From Eledone cirrhosa (taxonomy: Eukaryota): DNA of 64,000 nucleotides. Made by a program: the position numbers and the translations under genes. Below the pieces are notes generated by a model. It saw nothing but the letters and a program-made list of their open reading frames with translations, had not been told where the DNA came from and did not search any database. Position 1 is the first letter of the stretch. Each line of letters starts with the position of its first letter. Location of the stretch: NCBI GenBank assembly GCA_964016885.1, contig OZ024742.1, positions 74,214,001-74,278,000 on the forward strand, given 5' to 3'. Positions 15,132-28,890 of the stretch are shown here, in pieces.

Positions 15132-15444
15132 TCAGCGAGAATCGCATTTCGGCGGGTAGAAAAAGCGAAACGTAACGCAAATTCAGAGTCATGCTGGCAA
15201 GCGCTCCATGGGCTAAAAAACCAGAGCTATAAACATAGGTTATAAAGGCCATACAAACTGAGAAGGCGGTCAAGAAGCCATTAACCACCTAAGCCAAAAA
15301 AACAAGTCAAGCTAAACTGGTCAGACAAATAAATGACATAATCATACATATATATATATACACATATACACATATATATATACATTACACATATATATAT
15401 AACTAACCTGGACCCTTGGAATTGATGGTAAAATCCAATAACAA

Positions 15445-15497
<53 letters not shown>

Positions 15498-15715
15498 TTT
15501 GTATTTTTTGTTCTTATTTATTTATTTAGTTATTCCTGTTTCTAAACTACTTCCCGTATTGTGTGTACATTTTTGAGTGCATATATATCTGTGTATATGT
15601 ATTTATGTTCCTGTCCGTATTTCTATTTAGACGCAAATACGCTTATGTGAGAAAGTATACGTCTACGTACTATTAAGTATATGCGCGTAGTTGAGTGTGT
15701 GTATGTTTATGTTCT

Positions 15716-15763
<48 letters not shown>

Positions 15764-15888
15764 CTTCAGTCGTCAGAATGAATAAATAACATGGTGTTTT
15801 TCTTAAATATGGATTTGAAAACAAAATTTAGGAAATATGAAAGTAAGGCTGAAAAAACAGGCGAAAAGGAAATAGAAGAAAAAAAAAT

Positions 15889-15934
<46 letters not shown>

Positions 15935-16032
15935 TTTTTTCTTCTATTTCCTTTTCGCCCGTTTTTTCAGCCTCACTTTCATATTTCCTAAATTTTGTTT
16001 TCAAATCCATATTTAATAAAAACACCATGTTA

Positions 16033-16093
16033 TTTATTCTGACGACTGAAGACAGACACAACATCTGCCTTCAAGAAACCACTGGTAAATGAA
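16033..16093 (+). ncRNA. Type I hammerhead ribozyme (family A, second copy) within foldback 15758-16190
   Basis: tttatt CTGACGA ... GAAA ccactgg TA aatgaa. Confidence 0.8.
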
Positions 16094-16188
16094 ATAATTA
16101 TCTTATGTTGTTTATTACATAACTAATAAGCTCTGTAGCCTACTTAGAGCACTCTTTTTTCCTGTACCTTTCCGACGGAAATTCTTCA

Positions 16189-16357
<169 letters not shown>

Positions 16358-16499
16358 TTACACATTTATTTTTTATATATTTAATGTTATTATGTGTACA
16401 TAAATTACATGATTATTTTAAATGTTGTTTTGGTGTTTCTGTTGTTTTCAGCTCACTTGACAAAAGAGGTTATCCCCCAATTTGATACTAATATTTTTT

Positions 16500-16625
16500 C
16501 AGCTGAGTAGACTGCAGCAAGGTGAAATTGTTTTGCTTGAAGACACAATGTGTAACACGGAACTAGGATTGAACCCACGACCATATGATTGTGATCTCAA
16601 CAGCTTAACCAATAGGGCTTGTACC
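16500..16625 (-). mobile_element. tRNA-derived SINE (family 1-like), degenerate
   Basis: Reverse complement shows ggttaag...gggttcaatcc head and tcttcaagcaaaaca core. Confidence 0.55.
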
Positions 16626-16744
16626 TTCACTAAAAGTGTTGGTGATAAATACGAACGATTAATCTTTCGATACTAGGTGGCGCCGTCTTTGGTAGAGACT
16701 TTAGCTAATTATTGAAAGTGTATTCTTACAGATAAATATAATAA

Positions 16745-17290
16745 TTGTTTCTACTTTTGGCACAAGGCCAGTAATTAATTACCCCAGTGCATTACTGGTA
16801 CTTTATTTTATCGACCTCGTAAGGATAAAAAGCAAAGTTAACTTCGGCGGGATTTGAACTTAGAATGGCAAGGGCCGTAACTCTATGCGTCAAAGCATGG
16901 GGTTCGACCCTCTACCGATACTGCCAATCCACCACCAGATAAACATAATAAAGGTTTCTTATATAGGCACAAGGCCATCAATTTTGGGGGGGAGGGGAAA
17001 GTCGATTAAATCGACCCCAGTTCGTGACTGGTACTTTATTTTATCGACCCCGTAAGGACGAAAGGCAAAGTTAACCTCGACGGGATTTGAACTCGAGATA
17101 AACACAATAATTGTTTCTACTTTTGGCACAAGGCCAGCAAATTACTCAGTACATTACTGGTACTTTATTTTATCTACCCCGTAATGATGAAAAGCAAAGT
17201 TAACCTCGACGGGATTTGAACTCAGACCGTAAAGGGACGTATCTATGCTGGAAAGCATGGTGTCCGACCCTCTACCGATACTGCCAATTC
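16745..17290 (-). mobile_element. Cluster of three SINE family 2 copies
   Basis: Repeated ggcacaaggcc...ctggtactttattttatcgacc...gggatttgaact. Confidence 0.85.
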
Positions 17291-18844
17291 ACAATAATGA
17301 AATCAAATATTACTCACGTGAACGGCAACAGAGCTAAATCTCCACCCCATTAGTGTCAAATAGGTTTAAACTTGTTTAGATATTTCAATAATTCGAAAAT
17401 ACATACATGGCCAGTGTTATTGAAATCAGTACACATGATCGAAGGTAATTACATTTTTAAAAACTTTTGTGGATCACAGTATGAATCACATATCACTTAT
17501 TTACAATGTTTGCAGTTTCACAGAGAAATTGTAAGTTTTATTTACTCTAAAAGGCAAAAACACATTTTAAAGAATTCTCAGAACTCCCCAAAGCAAATCA
17601 TTCGGGAAAGTTTAGTTGTTTTATAATTAGATTGTTTCAAATGAAACATCGAACTCGACTGTTATTTCTATTTCCATACTGAATTGGTTACGACCCGAAT
17701 TCTGTCTTTAATTTTATTTTTGTTAAAACTAAAATAAAATGACTATTACAGACTGGTTGTGAGACGCCGATCGATGCAGCAGAATTTATTTTCAACAAAT
17801 CTCGGCTTTAATGGCTTCTATGCTGTAAGAATTAATGAATGTCATATTTAGAAGCAACACACTGATTCACTCTCTTATCTTCGGAGTTGATATCAACGAC
17901 GACGGTAGAAAGATATGGCGACTGTTGAACAGAATTCTGAAATGAAACCTGAACATTATTTATTATCGTCAGAAAAATATTTGAATAATTTAATTAGATG
18001 CAATAAGTTTATCAAAATAGTGAAATGAAATAAAACGTTCATCTAAATTTGATTAATATTCTAGTAAAGTTTTCCGTGAATGTGTATATGTAGAAGTTAC
18101 ATATATTTTTGGTAAATGCATGCGTATAAATATAGGATATATGTACGCACACACAAATGCTTAGGGTTAAGAATCAACATTTACAAACAGGCGAATATTC
18201 AAGATTTAGTAAGCACACATTATAACTAATCATACTCAATTGCTTTTAAAATACTTATATTTATATACCTATGTATGAGAGTATGTGTGTGTTTGGAAGC
18301 ATATATACGAGAAAATATACTTTATACAAGTAATATAGTTCATTTAGGGAATTGTTTGTGAGCAAAACCGGTAGAGCCCGGACAAATTAGCTTGTGGTAC
18401 TTGTTTCCACTCTTTACATTCTAAGTTCAGATTTTTTCCGAGGTCGACTTTACCTTATAGCTTCTGCGCTGGTATATATATCATTGTGCCTATGTAAAAA
18501 ATCAATATATAATTTGGTGAGTGTGGTAATTTGCCAAAGTTAGTATAGTTGTAGGAAAAAGACCTACGATCTTTTATGAGTCCAAATCCCACCGAAGTCA
18601 ACATTACCTTTCGCCCTTCAGGTTCTTTAGGGTCCGTTAGCGCCGAAAATCTGTGAATTTCTTATTGTTATTATATTGATGGTATGGACCCGTAACCCCT
18701 TGGGGGATTCGTGGGTTCGCCATATTGAAATACGGCGTTTCTAGGGCATTTTTAGACATGGCGGAGCCCATTCTCTCTCTCCAGGTCTGAGTACAGCAGA
18801 TTTCCAGAGAAGTGGAAGTGAGAAAGAGATATAGAAGTAGAATG

Positions 18845-18998
18845 GACCCAGTACTAGACTGGTACTTTTTTTTTACCTCGAATGGATGAAAGGCAAAGTT
18901 AACCTCGGCGGAATTTGAACTGAGAGAGCAGAGTGCCGAAACGAATACCGCAAAACATTCAATCCAACGTTCTAACGACTCTGCCAATTCGCCGCCTT
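18845..18998 (-). mobile_element. SINE family 2 copy
   Basis: ggatgaaaggcaaagttaacctcggcggaatttgaact. Confidence 0.75.
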
Positions 18999-19007
18999 TA
19001 TTGATAT

Positions 19008-22000
19008 ACTAGCTTCAAAGTGCCTTCTTTTCCACACTATCTCTCTAATGCCAGAGGGGGTCATCCTAGCGCCATATTTCTATACTGTATCACTCAAGCT
19101 TCCCAGTGCCATAGTTGCCCACCCTAGCTCCGCAGTGCCATAGTGCGGCACCCTAACTCCGAAGTGCTGTATTTTTCCCACCCTATCTCCCCATTGCCAT
19201 ACTGCGACATCCTAGCTCCATATATCCATACTGTGTCACTCAAGCTTCCCAGTTCCATAGTGTGTCACCCCAGCTCCGCAGTGCCATAGTATGGCACCCT
19301 AACTCCAAAGTGCCGTATTTTCCCCACCCTATCTCCCCATTGCATTACTGCGACATCCTAGCTCCATATTTCTGTACTGTGTCACTCAAACTTCCCAGTA
19401 CCATAGTGTGCCATTCTAGCTCCGCAGTGCCATAGTGCAGCATCCTAGCTTTAAAAGTGCCATTTTTTCCACACTATCTCCCCATTGTCATAAAGGGTCA
19501 CGTTAGCTCCATATTTCCATACTGTGTCACTGAAGCTCCCCAGTTCCATAGTGTGTCACCCTAGCCCTGCAGTGCCATAGTACGGCACCCTAGCTCCGAA
19601 GTGCCGTATTTTTCCACACTATCTCTCCATTGCCATACTGCGACATCCTAGTTCCATATTTCCATACTGTGTCACTCAAACTTCCCAGTGTCATAGTGTG
19701 CCACGCAAGCTCTGCAGTACTGTATTTTTAATCTGTCACTGACCCTTATTATTTTTAATCCGGTACTGATCATTTGTGTTTTGAATCTAGCTCTCAAACT
19801 TTTAATCCGGCACTAATCCATAATGTTTTTAATCCGGCACCGACCCGTATCATTTTTAGTGCGCCACCCAAGCTCCCCACTGCCTTATTGCAGCACCCAA
19901 GCTTCAAAGAGCCATATTTTAAACACTATCTGCCCATTGCCATGGGGTCACCCTAGCTCCATATTTTCATACTTATTAATTATAATCCGGTACCGACCCT
20001 TATTATTTTTAAACCGTCACTGACACTAATTATTTTTAATGGGGCGGGGCACTCATCCTTATTAATTTTAATCCGGCAGTTACCCTTATCAGTTTTAATG
20101 CGGCACCGATCATTTGTTTTTTCAATCTGGCACTCAAACTTAATTTTAATTCAGCACTGACCTTTATCATTATTAATCCGGTACTGACCCTTATTAATTT
20201 TGATCAGGCATTGATCATAAGTGTTTTGAATCCGGCACTGAAATTTACTATTTTTAATCCGATACCCACCCTTATTATCTTTAATCCGGCACTTAAAGTT
20301 ACTATTTTAATTCGGCACTTATCATTAGTCATTTTAATCTGGCACTGACCCTTATTAGTTTTAATCCGGCACTTATCCTTATTAAATTTAATCCGAAACA
20401 AGCCCTTTTTTGATCCGACACTAATCATTTGTGTTTTTAATCCGACACATAAATTTACTATTTTCAATCTGGTACTAATCCTTATCAATTTTAGTCCGTC
20501 ACTGACCCTTATTATTTTTAATCAAGCACGCATTAATGCTTATTATTTTTAATCATTGCCGCATTAATGTTTTTAATGCGGCAATGATCATTTAAAAAAA
20601 AATCTGGCTCTTAAACTTATTTTAAATCCGGCACTTAAAATGTCTATTTTTAACCCGACACTTCTCCTTATTAATTTTAATCCGGCACTAACCCTTAATA
20701 TTTTAAATGCGGCACTGACCCTTTTCATTTTTAATTCGGCACTTAAAGTTACTATTTTTAAATAAAGGTAAATGCCGAATTAAAAATAATAAAGGTAAAT
20801 GCCTGATTAAAAATAAAGATAAATGCCGGATTTAAAATAATAAATGTAAATGCCGGATTAAAATTAATAAGGATAAATGCCGGATTTAAAATAGTAATAA
20901 GGATATTTGCCGGATTAAAACTAATAAGGATAAATGTCGGATTAAAAATAAGGCAAAGTGCCGGATTAACAATAATAAATGTAAATGCCGGATTAAAAAT
21001 AAAAATGTAAATGTCAGATAAAAAATAATAAGGATAAGTGCCGGATTAAAAATAATAAGAGTAAATGCCGGTTTGAAAATAAGTGTAACTGCCGGATTAA
21101 GAATAATAAGGATAAATGCCGCATTAAAAAAATAGGGATAAATGAAAGATTATAAATAATAAATATTAGTGCCGGTTAAAATTAATAAGTGTAAATGCGG
21201 GATTAAAAAATAACAAGTGTAAATGCCGGATTAAAGATATTAAGTGTAAATGCCGGATTGAAATTAATAAAATTAATAAAAATAAAAATAATAAGGATAG
21301 GTGCTGGCTTAAAAATAATAAAGATAAATGCCGGATTAAAACTAATAAGGATAAATGTCGTATTAAAAATAAAAAGGATGTGCCGGATTAAAAATAATAA
21401 GTGTAAATCTCGGATTAAAAATAATAAAGGTAAATGCTGGATTTAAAATAAGTGTCAGTGCCGGATTAAAATTAAAAATGATAAATGCCGGATTAAAAAT
21501 AATAAAGGTAAATGCCGGATTTAAAGTATTAAAGGTAAATAAGTCGAAATGCCGGATTAAGAGTATTAAGAATAAATGTTGGATTAAAAATAATAAATGT
21601 GAGTGCCGGATTAAAATTAATAATGATAAATGCCGGTTTAAAAATAATAAGTGTAAATGCCGGATTAAAAATAATAGCTGACATTTATTATTTTTATCCG
21701 GTACTGATACTTATTATTTTTAATTCGGCACTGATCATTTGCGTTTTTAATCAGACACTTAAATTTCTTTTTTTTATTCCGAAACTAATCCTTATTTTTT
21801 GTGTGCAACCCAAGCTCCGCCGCGCCCTAGTTTCACAGAGCCACATTTTACCACACTATCTCCCCATTGCCATAGGGGGTCACGCAAGCTCCATTTTTCC
21901 ATACTGTGTCACTGAAGCTCCCCAGTTCCATAGTGTGCCACCCTAGCTCCGCAGTGCCATAGTGCGGCATCCTAGCTCCGAAGTGCCCTATTTTGTCATC

Positions 22001-22310
22001 CTATCTCTCCATTACCATACTGTGACATCCTAACCACCCAGTTCCATAGTGTCTCACCCTAGCTCCGCAATGCTATTATGCGACACCTTAGCTTCAAAAT
22101 GCCTTATCTTGCCACCCTATCTCACTATTGGTATACTGTGACACCCTAGGCTCAATATTTCCATACTGTGTGACTCAAGCTTCCCAGTGCCATAGTGTGA
22201 TACCCTAGCTCCTCTGTGCCATAGTACACTCTATCTTCGAAGTGCTGTATTTTACCACCCTGTTTCCCCATTGCCATATTTTACCATCCTATGTTCCCAG
22301 TGTCATACTA
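19008..22310. repeat. Compound satellite: 29-bp unit in a 146-bp higher-order repeat, enclosing an about 31-bp AT-rich satellite with an internal inversion
   Basis: Higher-order register at 19066, 19212, 19358, 19503, 19648; ttttaatccggcactgacccttattatt units on + (19720-20760), inverted (20761-21680), + again (21680-21800); 29-bp type resumes 21800-22310. Confidence 0.9.
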
Positions 22311-22335
22311 TCCTTTAACAGAATCTTCAGGCGAC

Positions 22336-22441
22336 TATGATGATGATGTTTTGGATGATGACGAAGATGATGGTGATGATGATGATAGTGATGATGATAA
22401 TGATGATGATGGTGATGGTGATGATGATGATGGTGATGGTG
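22336..22441. repeat. Degenerate (GAT)n/(GGT)n
   Basis: Directly visible. Confidence 0.9.
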
Positions 22442-22595
22442 AGCATAGTTTTTTTTACACCATCCTCTTTCCTTGAAACGCTGATTTTATTTTCGCCGTA
22501 GAATTTTCACCATCTCCCTTCTTTCGTTTTAATTCATTCGTCTCACGAGTGGACTGACACACGGACGGACACGATTCGACTTTTATTTATATAGA

Positions 22596-23168
22596 CTAGC
22601 AGAAAGCCACCCGGTGGGCGGTTTTCTGCTAGCAAATCTAGTGTATATACTGATATTGTTGAGATTTGGATGAGAAATTGAACAAATCAAACGTATTAAT
22701 CAAATCCCGCAGCTCCAGACTGAGGTTATGGAACTGCGCAATCTGATTAATAAATTACCTCATCAGCAGCAACCTTCTTCAAATGGTCCTTATTATCAGC
22801 AGCAACAACCACAAATTCAATGGCAACCTTCTTCAAATGGTCCTTGGCATGGTGTCAGGTCAGAACCGCCTCGAACTGGTTACTTCTGGCTCGTAGCAAG
22901 GTGTCTCTATATCAACCAGCGATTCCCTCGGCCTCAGTGACCAAAGTCAGTGGAGAGGGGAAGGTAATGTTTCTATAGCAACAGTGTTTCTCTTGGTAGT
23001 ACCAAAGTGGAGAAAGGAAGGGGAAGGTGATATTTCTGTAGCACCTACATTTGAGTTTTAGGGACGGACAGACAGACAGACAGACAAACAGAGAAATGCC
23101 CATATATTTCTGTGTGTGTAATATATATATATATATATATTACACACACAGAAACGTATATATATTTC

Positions 23169-23215
<47 letters not shown>

Positions 23216-23241
23216 CACACACAGAAATGTATATATATTTC

Positions 23242-23310
<69 letters not shown>

Positions 23311-23859
23311 CACTTACAGAAATGTATATATATTTCTGTGTGTATATATATATATATTACACACACAGAAATGTATATATATTTCTGTGTGTGTATATAT
23401 ATATATATATTACACACAGAAATGTATATATATTTCTGTGTGTATATATATATATATTACACACACAGAAATGTATATATATTTCTGTGTGTATATATAT
23501 ATATTTCTGTGTGTGTATATATATATATATTACACACACAGAAATGTATATATGTTTCTGTAGCACTCCTCAATTCCCCCCTCCTCCCTCCCGCTATCCC
23601 CCTCTTGTAGTCTGTCTCTTTCTTTCACTCTCACTCTCTCTCTACGTGTGCGCAAAAAACATTCGCACACGCGCACGTGTTTTAGCGTCTATTCACTCTC
23701 TCTCTCTCCCTCTCTCCCTCCCGCTATCCCCTCTCGTAGTCTGTCTCTTTCTTTCACTCTCACTCTCTCTCTACGCGTGCGCAAAAAACATTCGCACGCG
23801 CGCACGTGTTTCCACTGTCGGACAGACAGAGAAATTGCTGGTTATATATTATAAGGAGA
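22596..23859 (-). mobile_element. Probable non-autonomous Helitron with internal compound microsatellite
   Basis: Minus strand starts A|TCTCCTTATAATATATAA then (TCTG)n; ends in a GC hairpin plus CTAG at 22596, directly followed by TCTATATAAATAAAA (a second 5' end). Confidence 0.45.
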
Positions 23860-24079
23860 TTAAAGATGCTTTAATACAATATAAAATGGTGTACTATATA
23901 AGATTAATAAATTATAATAAAAAGCAAAACAAAACGATACACAGACAGTTTTTTATTGTCTCTGATATACTGGCTATTTTATTAATTTTTATTTATATGT
24001 AATTTATATGTCTATTTTTGAAGAGTATTTATTTTGCCGTGGCCTATTGTGACGCCACAGTATTGTATTATTACTATTG

Positions 24080-24200
24080 GTGAGTTCAAATCCCACCGAG
24101 GTTAACTTTGCCTTTTATCCTTACGGGGTCGACAAAATAAAGTACCAGTAATACGCTGGGATAATTGCTGGCCTTGTGCCAAAAAGTTGAAACAATTATT
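24080..24200 (+). mobile_element. SINE family 2, 5'-truncated
   Basis: gagttcaaatccc...ggggtcgac...gtaccagt...gtgccaaaag. Confidence 0.8.
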
Positions 24201-25507
24201 ACTATTAAATCCGTTACATCGAGGTCTGTTGAACCAAGGCTGCACTATACCAGTAAATTACTGGATCGTTTTAGCCCAATATTTAATCCATACCAATGCT
24301 AGAAATCAATACTGAATTTAGTAAGTTTACATTAATACATCAGGCTTTGAGGAATTCAACGATAAGCTTAGCTTAAAACATAACGTGGAAATGGAATTCT
24401 TTCTTTCTTAGTTGGATCTTTTCAAGAAAGAATGTTACAGCTCTCTCTCTTATTTTCTCTCCATCTTTCTTTCTCTACCCCCGCACAATTTTTACAGCCA
24501 ACACTTCTATATCCACAGCGTTGCTTTTGATTTAGGTTTCATTTGTCCTGAACAAGGGAAGAAAAGAAGAAAAAAAAGAGAGAAGAAAAATAAATACAAT
24601 AAGAAAAAGAGAAACGAGGAAAGAAAAGAAAGGTAAAGGGGAGAGAAAGAGAGAAAAATACTTTAAACCAATTTAAGTCTAACAAAAGTAGCTGGTTGAA
24701 GAGAAGTAGGTCAAAGCTAGGAATCAATTTGGCACTGGAGTTTAGAAAGCGGCAAAATTTGGTGACGCGTGAGTCAGTTGAACGCAAGCAAGGCTGAATA
24801 CGGAAGCTTATTAGCAACCAAAATTGTTTTTTTTTTTATATTCCTCATATTTTCATTCCTGCTCACCATATCTGCTAATCTCTCCTCACTGTCACAGCCT
24901 AGCTCCCCCTTTCTCAAAACCTGTTTTGTTTCTCTCTCTCCTCTCTTTCTCTTTCTCTCCCATCTCTCTCTCTATCTCTCTCTCCTCTCTCTCTCTCTTC
25001 ACGCACATATATGTATATATATATATAAACGCACATAAATATACCTTGAACGTTCGAGAAACATATATATATAATATCTATTACATATTAATTCATATAC
25101 AATATTCAACTCTCTGCTAAACGCATGCACACACACATACACCCTATCACATGCACAGCACAATATAACACTCCAGATCATGCAGATACGTGTAACTAAA
25201 CCAGTACATGCGCGCACACACACACACACACAGACATACTTACACGCACATGGACACAAATGTACATACTCATTCACATATACGCACGCACACACATACA
25301 AACACACACACACACACACACACACAGAAATATTCCACCGTGAAATTTCTCGCGAATGAGACATTTTTGTTGCCATATTGATTTTATATTTCCTTAACTT
25401 CCGTCACACCACTTGTAGCATCAGCGCTGTAGCAGCAGCAACAGTGGCGGCGACAGCAGCAGCAGCAGCACTAGTAGTGTAGTAGTAGTAGTAGTAGTAG
25501 TAGTGAT

Positions 25508-25539
<32 letters not shown>

Positions 25540-25904
25540 TAGTGGATTCTGTGAAACAAAACCAACCATCATAAATTAACATCTTCCAACATAACTTCAT
25601 ATAAGAATCATACGTTAAGTAACGAAATAATTAGTGATTTTAGTACACCAAACAAATTTCTTCATTTATTAATCGTAATAGAGTGTTTCATTAGAAATAC
25701 GGCAATGAAAATGATTAAACCTTTGATTAAACCAGCACTTGACTGCTATTTTAGGTGACCTCGGCAGGGTTTGAATTCAGAACGTAAAGTGTCAAAACAA
25801 ATAACTCAACGCACTAACGATTCTGTTTATCGTACTTGCCAAGCCCCACCCCACCAACACCAATACTAATAATAACGATTTTTTAATCACCACAATAATG
25901 TTTT

Positions 25905-26305
25905 CTTTTTATGGGAACAAGGCCAGCAATTTGGGAGGAGGGGAAAGTCGATTAAATCGACCTCAGTGTGTGACAGGTACTTTATTTTAACGACCTCGTA
26001 AGGATGAAAGACAAAGTTAACCTCGGTGGGATTTGAACTCAGATCATAAAGGGACGTAACTCTATGCTGCAAAGCATGGCGTCCGACCCTCTACCGATAC
26101 TGCCAATCCACCACCCTCACTACAATAATGGTTTCTAGTATAGGCACAAAGCCAGTAATTTGGAGGGAGAGGAAAGTCGATTAAATCGACTCCAGTACTT
26201 TAATTTATCGACCCCGGAGGGATTTGAACTCAGAACGTAAAAGGCCGTAACTCTATGCTGCTAAGTATGGTGTCCAGCGCTCTACCAATACTGCCAATCC
26301 ACTGC
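25905..26305 (-). mobile_element. Two SINE family 2 copies
   Basis: Match to 36721-36905 and 58705-59078. Confidence 0.8.
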
Positions 26306-27479
26306 CCTCATCACAATAATACTAATAACAATAATAATAATGATGTTTTAAAATGGCAAGATTTCTGTAGCCTTTAGCAGCTTCCTGAACGTCAGCATCT
26401 ATGTGTGACACACTAACCTTTTCCTCCACTACACGAGAGGAATGTGATATTGCTTTATGACAAACAGATTCTCTGACTTTTCATTTAAATGTCTCCAATC
26501 TAACAGGTGAACGAAGTGTAAGAACTATTAAACATTGCTTTTCTAAACTTCTAGCTGATAGTTCAATTTCTGGCATGTATAATGAACTGGGTTACACATC
26601 AATTATGGTTAGAATGTAGCTTGTATAAAAAGATCACTTTTTTAAATGGTTAAATTTTCAAAATGGATACTCCTTCAGATAAGATTCATATGAAATATAG
26701 AATGTTTGCCACTTACTTCCTGTTGTTTCTACATCGTTTTCAAATGATTAAATGCGACTGATTGTATCTCCAAGGGTTCCTATAAAAATATCAATGTCTT
26801 TCTTTATGTTAAAACACTCTATGACAAATCGACATTGATATATATAATGTACAAACAACGTTTACTAAGTCGTTTATATTTCTCTCGTCATTCATATGTC
26901 ACCTGCTTCGTTCAACCTCCTCAGAAAGTCAAGCTCCCTTCACTGCATGTTTTCCTGCTGTCATCAACTTACAACTGTTTAACAAACTCACTAACCACAT
27001 GAATCTCTTATACAGTATATAGAAGGTGTACGATCAAGTCCCACGAGTGGCGCTATCCAGTGTTTTCCGTCTCCAGGGGCTTATATGCCCTACTTAATAG
27101 ACTATTTCCATAAAAAAGAAAGTGCGTTGAAGCCGTTAACTCTACTCTAATATAAACTCTTAAAGAAATCTGTGGCCGCGTTGCGATTACTAGAGAACAA
27201 TTGGTTATTGTGCAAAGACTGAATCTACTATTTCCTTTTATCAGATTTAAAAAAGATAAATGACTATTCTGGGGTTTGGGGAATTGAAAATTCATTCAAG
27301 CCATTTTCACCTCCTCTCTTGCATTTAATTGAAACAAAAGAAAATTTCTGCAAATGATTCTCAACCATTGATTTAGATATTTTATATACGTTTGCTATCT
27401 TACATGGCCTATAGGACACAACTATATCTTATGCCACTACCACCATCATCCCCAACACACCCATCACGAAATCCTTCGA

Positions 27480-28240
27480 CCGAATGAGTCATGTTGTGAA
27501 CATGTCAGGTGCCTCTCTGTCATCCAATAAATATCGATGAAGAAGTCAATATTAGCATCTCCAAAGCCAGCACTGATTTTAGCATATTGCGGGAGAATGT
27601 GTGGGAACGAACACAAGAGAATCAGCCTCACCACCAAGCTGAAAATATGAACAGTTCTCACAATCATCATATATGTCTGTATGAGGTGTCTCCACTGCAG
27701 TCTGAACGCCTGCAAGATAATATCTCAAACCTGTACACTATCTTGCTGAAGGTTCGGGGGAGATGGGTTGGTCATATACCTCACATGCCAGATTACTCTA
27801 TCTCAAAGCAGAACAACTATGTTAATCTTTCTCAAGCAGTGCCGGATCTAGGACAAATGATGTCCTTTGGTAGTTAAGTTATGAGGCCCCTTATTTTTGA
27901 AAACTTCACCGTAAAAAGTTTTTTCTGGTAGGAAGATGCACCCCTCCCCCCATGATCAACGGGGCCCCGTGCTTAAGCACACCTATGCACAGTGGTAAAT
28001 CCGGCACTGCTCCCAAGGAAAGCATGCTCTTAAGAAATACCTGAACAGTGTGATTAACTCTTGGGAAATATTCGTTCAAAACCGATATAACTGGCACAGT
28101 CTATATGCAGCGGTGTTCAAACATATAAAAGCAAAATAAATGTTGCTGTTAAAATGGCGTAACATCCTCTACGTGTCTTACATATGGGGAATGATTCCTG
28201 ACCCAATTACATCTCATTAGCTCACCAGCGCAGTCATACA
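27480..28240 (+). mobile_element. Highly decayed RTE-type LINE 3' fragment interrupted by a MITE
   Basis: IDEEVNISISKASTDFSILRENVW and RWVGHIPHMPDYSISKQ resemble the RTE C-terminus at 49850-50230. Confidence 0.6.
27837..28009. mobile_element. hAT-like MITE
   Basis: TIR cagtgccggat / atccggcactg; degenerate 8-bp TSD ttctcaag / ctcccaag. Confidence 0.7.
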
Positions 28241-28399
28241 GTAAGACCTAAAGGACGACAGAAGAAAGGAAATTTTAATTGTGGTGTATATGTCAACTTT
28301 AAGGTACACGTTATCTGTGGAATTAACTTTAATTGTGGATACTAACAGTTGTTCCTTATAGTAAAAAATATCAAAGTTATGGCCCTTTACGACCTGTGT

Positions 28400-28540
28400 T
28401 AAAATCCCGCCGAGGTTAGCTTTGCTTTACACCCTTACGGGGTCGATAAAATAAAGCATAAGTAAGTACTGGGGTTGATTTAATTGACTTTCCCCTCCCT
28501 TCAAATTGTTGGCATTGTGCCTAAAGTAGAAACAATTATA
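28400..28540 (+). mobile_element. SINE family 2 copy
   Basis: aatcccgccgaggttagctttgc...ggggtcgataaaataaag. Confidence 0.75.
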
Positions 28541-28619
28541 GTAACAAATATTAAATTGATATCTTTGTATGAATGTATGCATGTCTGACGTCTGAACGAG
28601 TATGCCCCCTCCAACTATC

Positions 28620-28890
28620 TTACCCTCCGTCCCATGGTCCTGGTCGAAAGGGTGGAGAATACATTTCCCCGGAAGACGGTGGGAGTGACGCGCTGGAACA
28701 ACAGCCATTCTACCTTGCAGGGTTTGCACCAGCGGACAGCCAACTCCACTCCGATAGCCGGGAGCAGGGACGTGATCCGAGGGCCAAGAGCGCCAGAAGT
28801 CTCCACTGCTACAGGCTCTACCACACACCTATCAGAGAGCGGCCTATACTTGGCCTCTTCGGCCTTGCGGATAGCGAAGCCTGGGCTGGG
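28620..28890 (-). mobile_element. CRE-like 3' end fragment
   Basis: AVETSGALGPRITSLL...LFQRVTPTVFRGNVFS, homologous to 4270-4560. Confidence 0.8.

Noticed and set aside
22728-22940. Gln-rich short ORF as a host exon
   Set aside because: Short internal duplication inside a probable Helitron; no splice or homology support
24755-24790. CRE/AP-1-like sites tgacgcgtgagtca as a promoter
   Set aside because: Short motifs with no associated gene evidence
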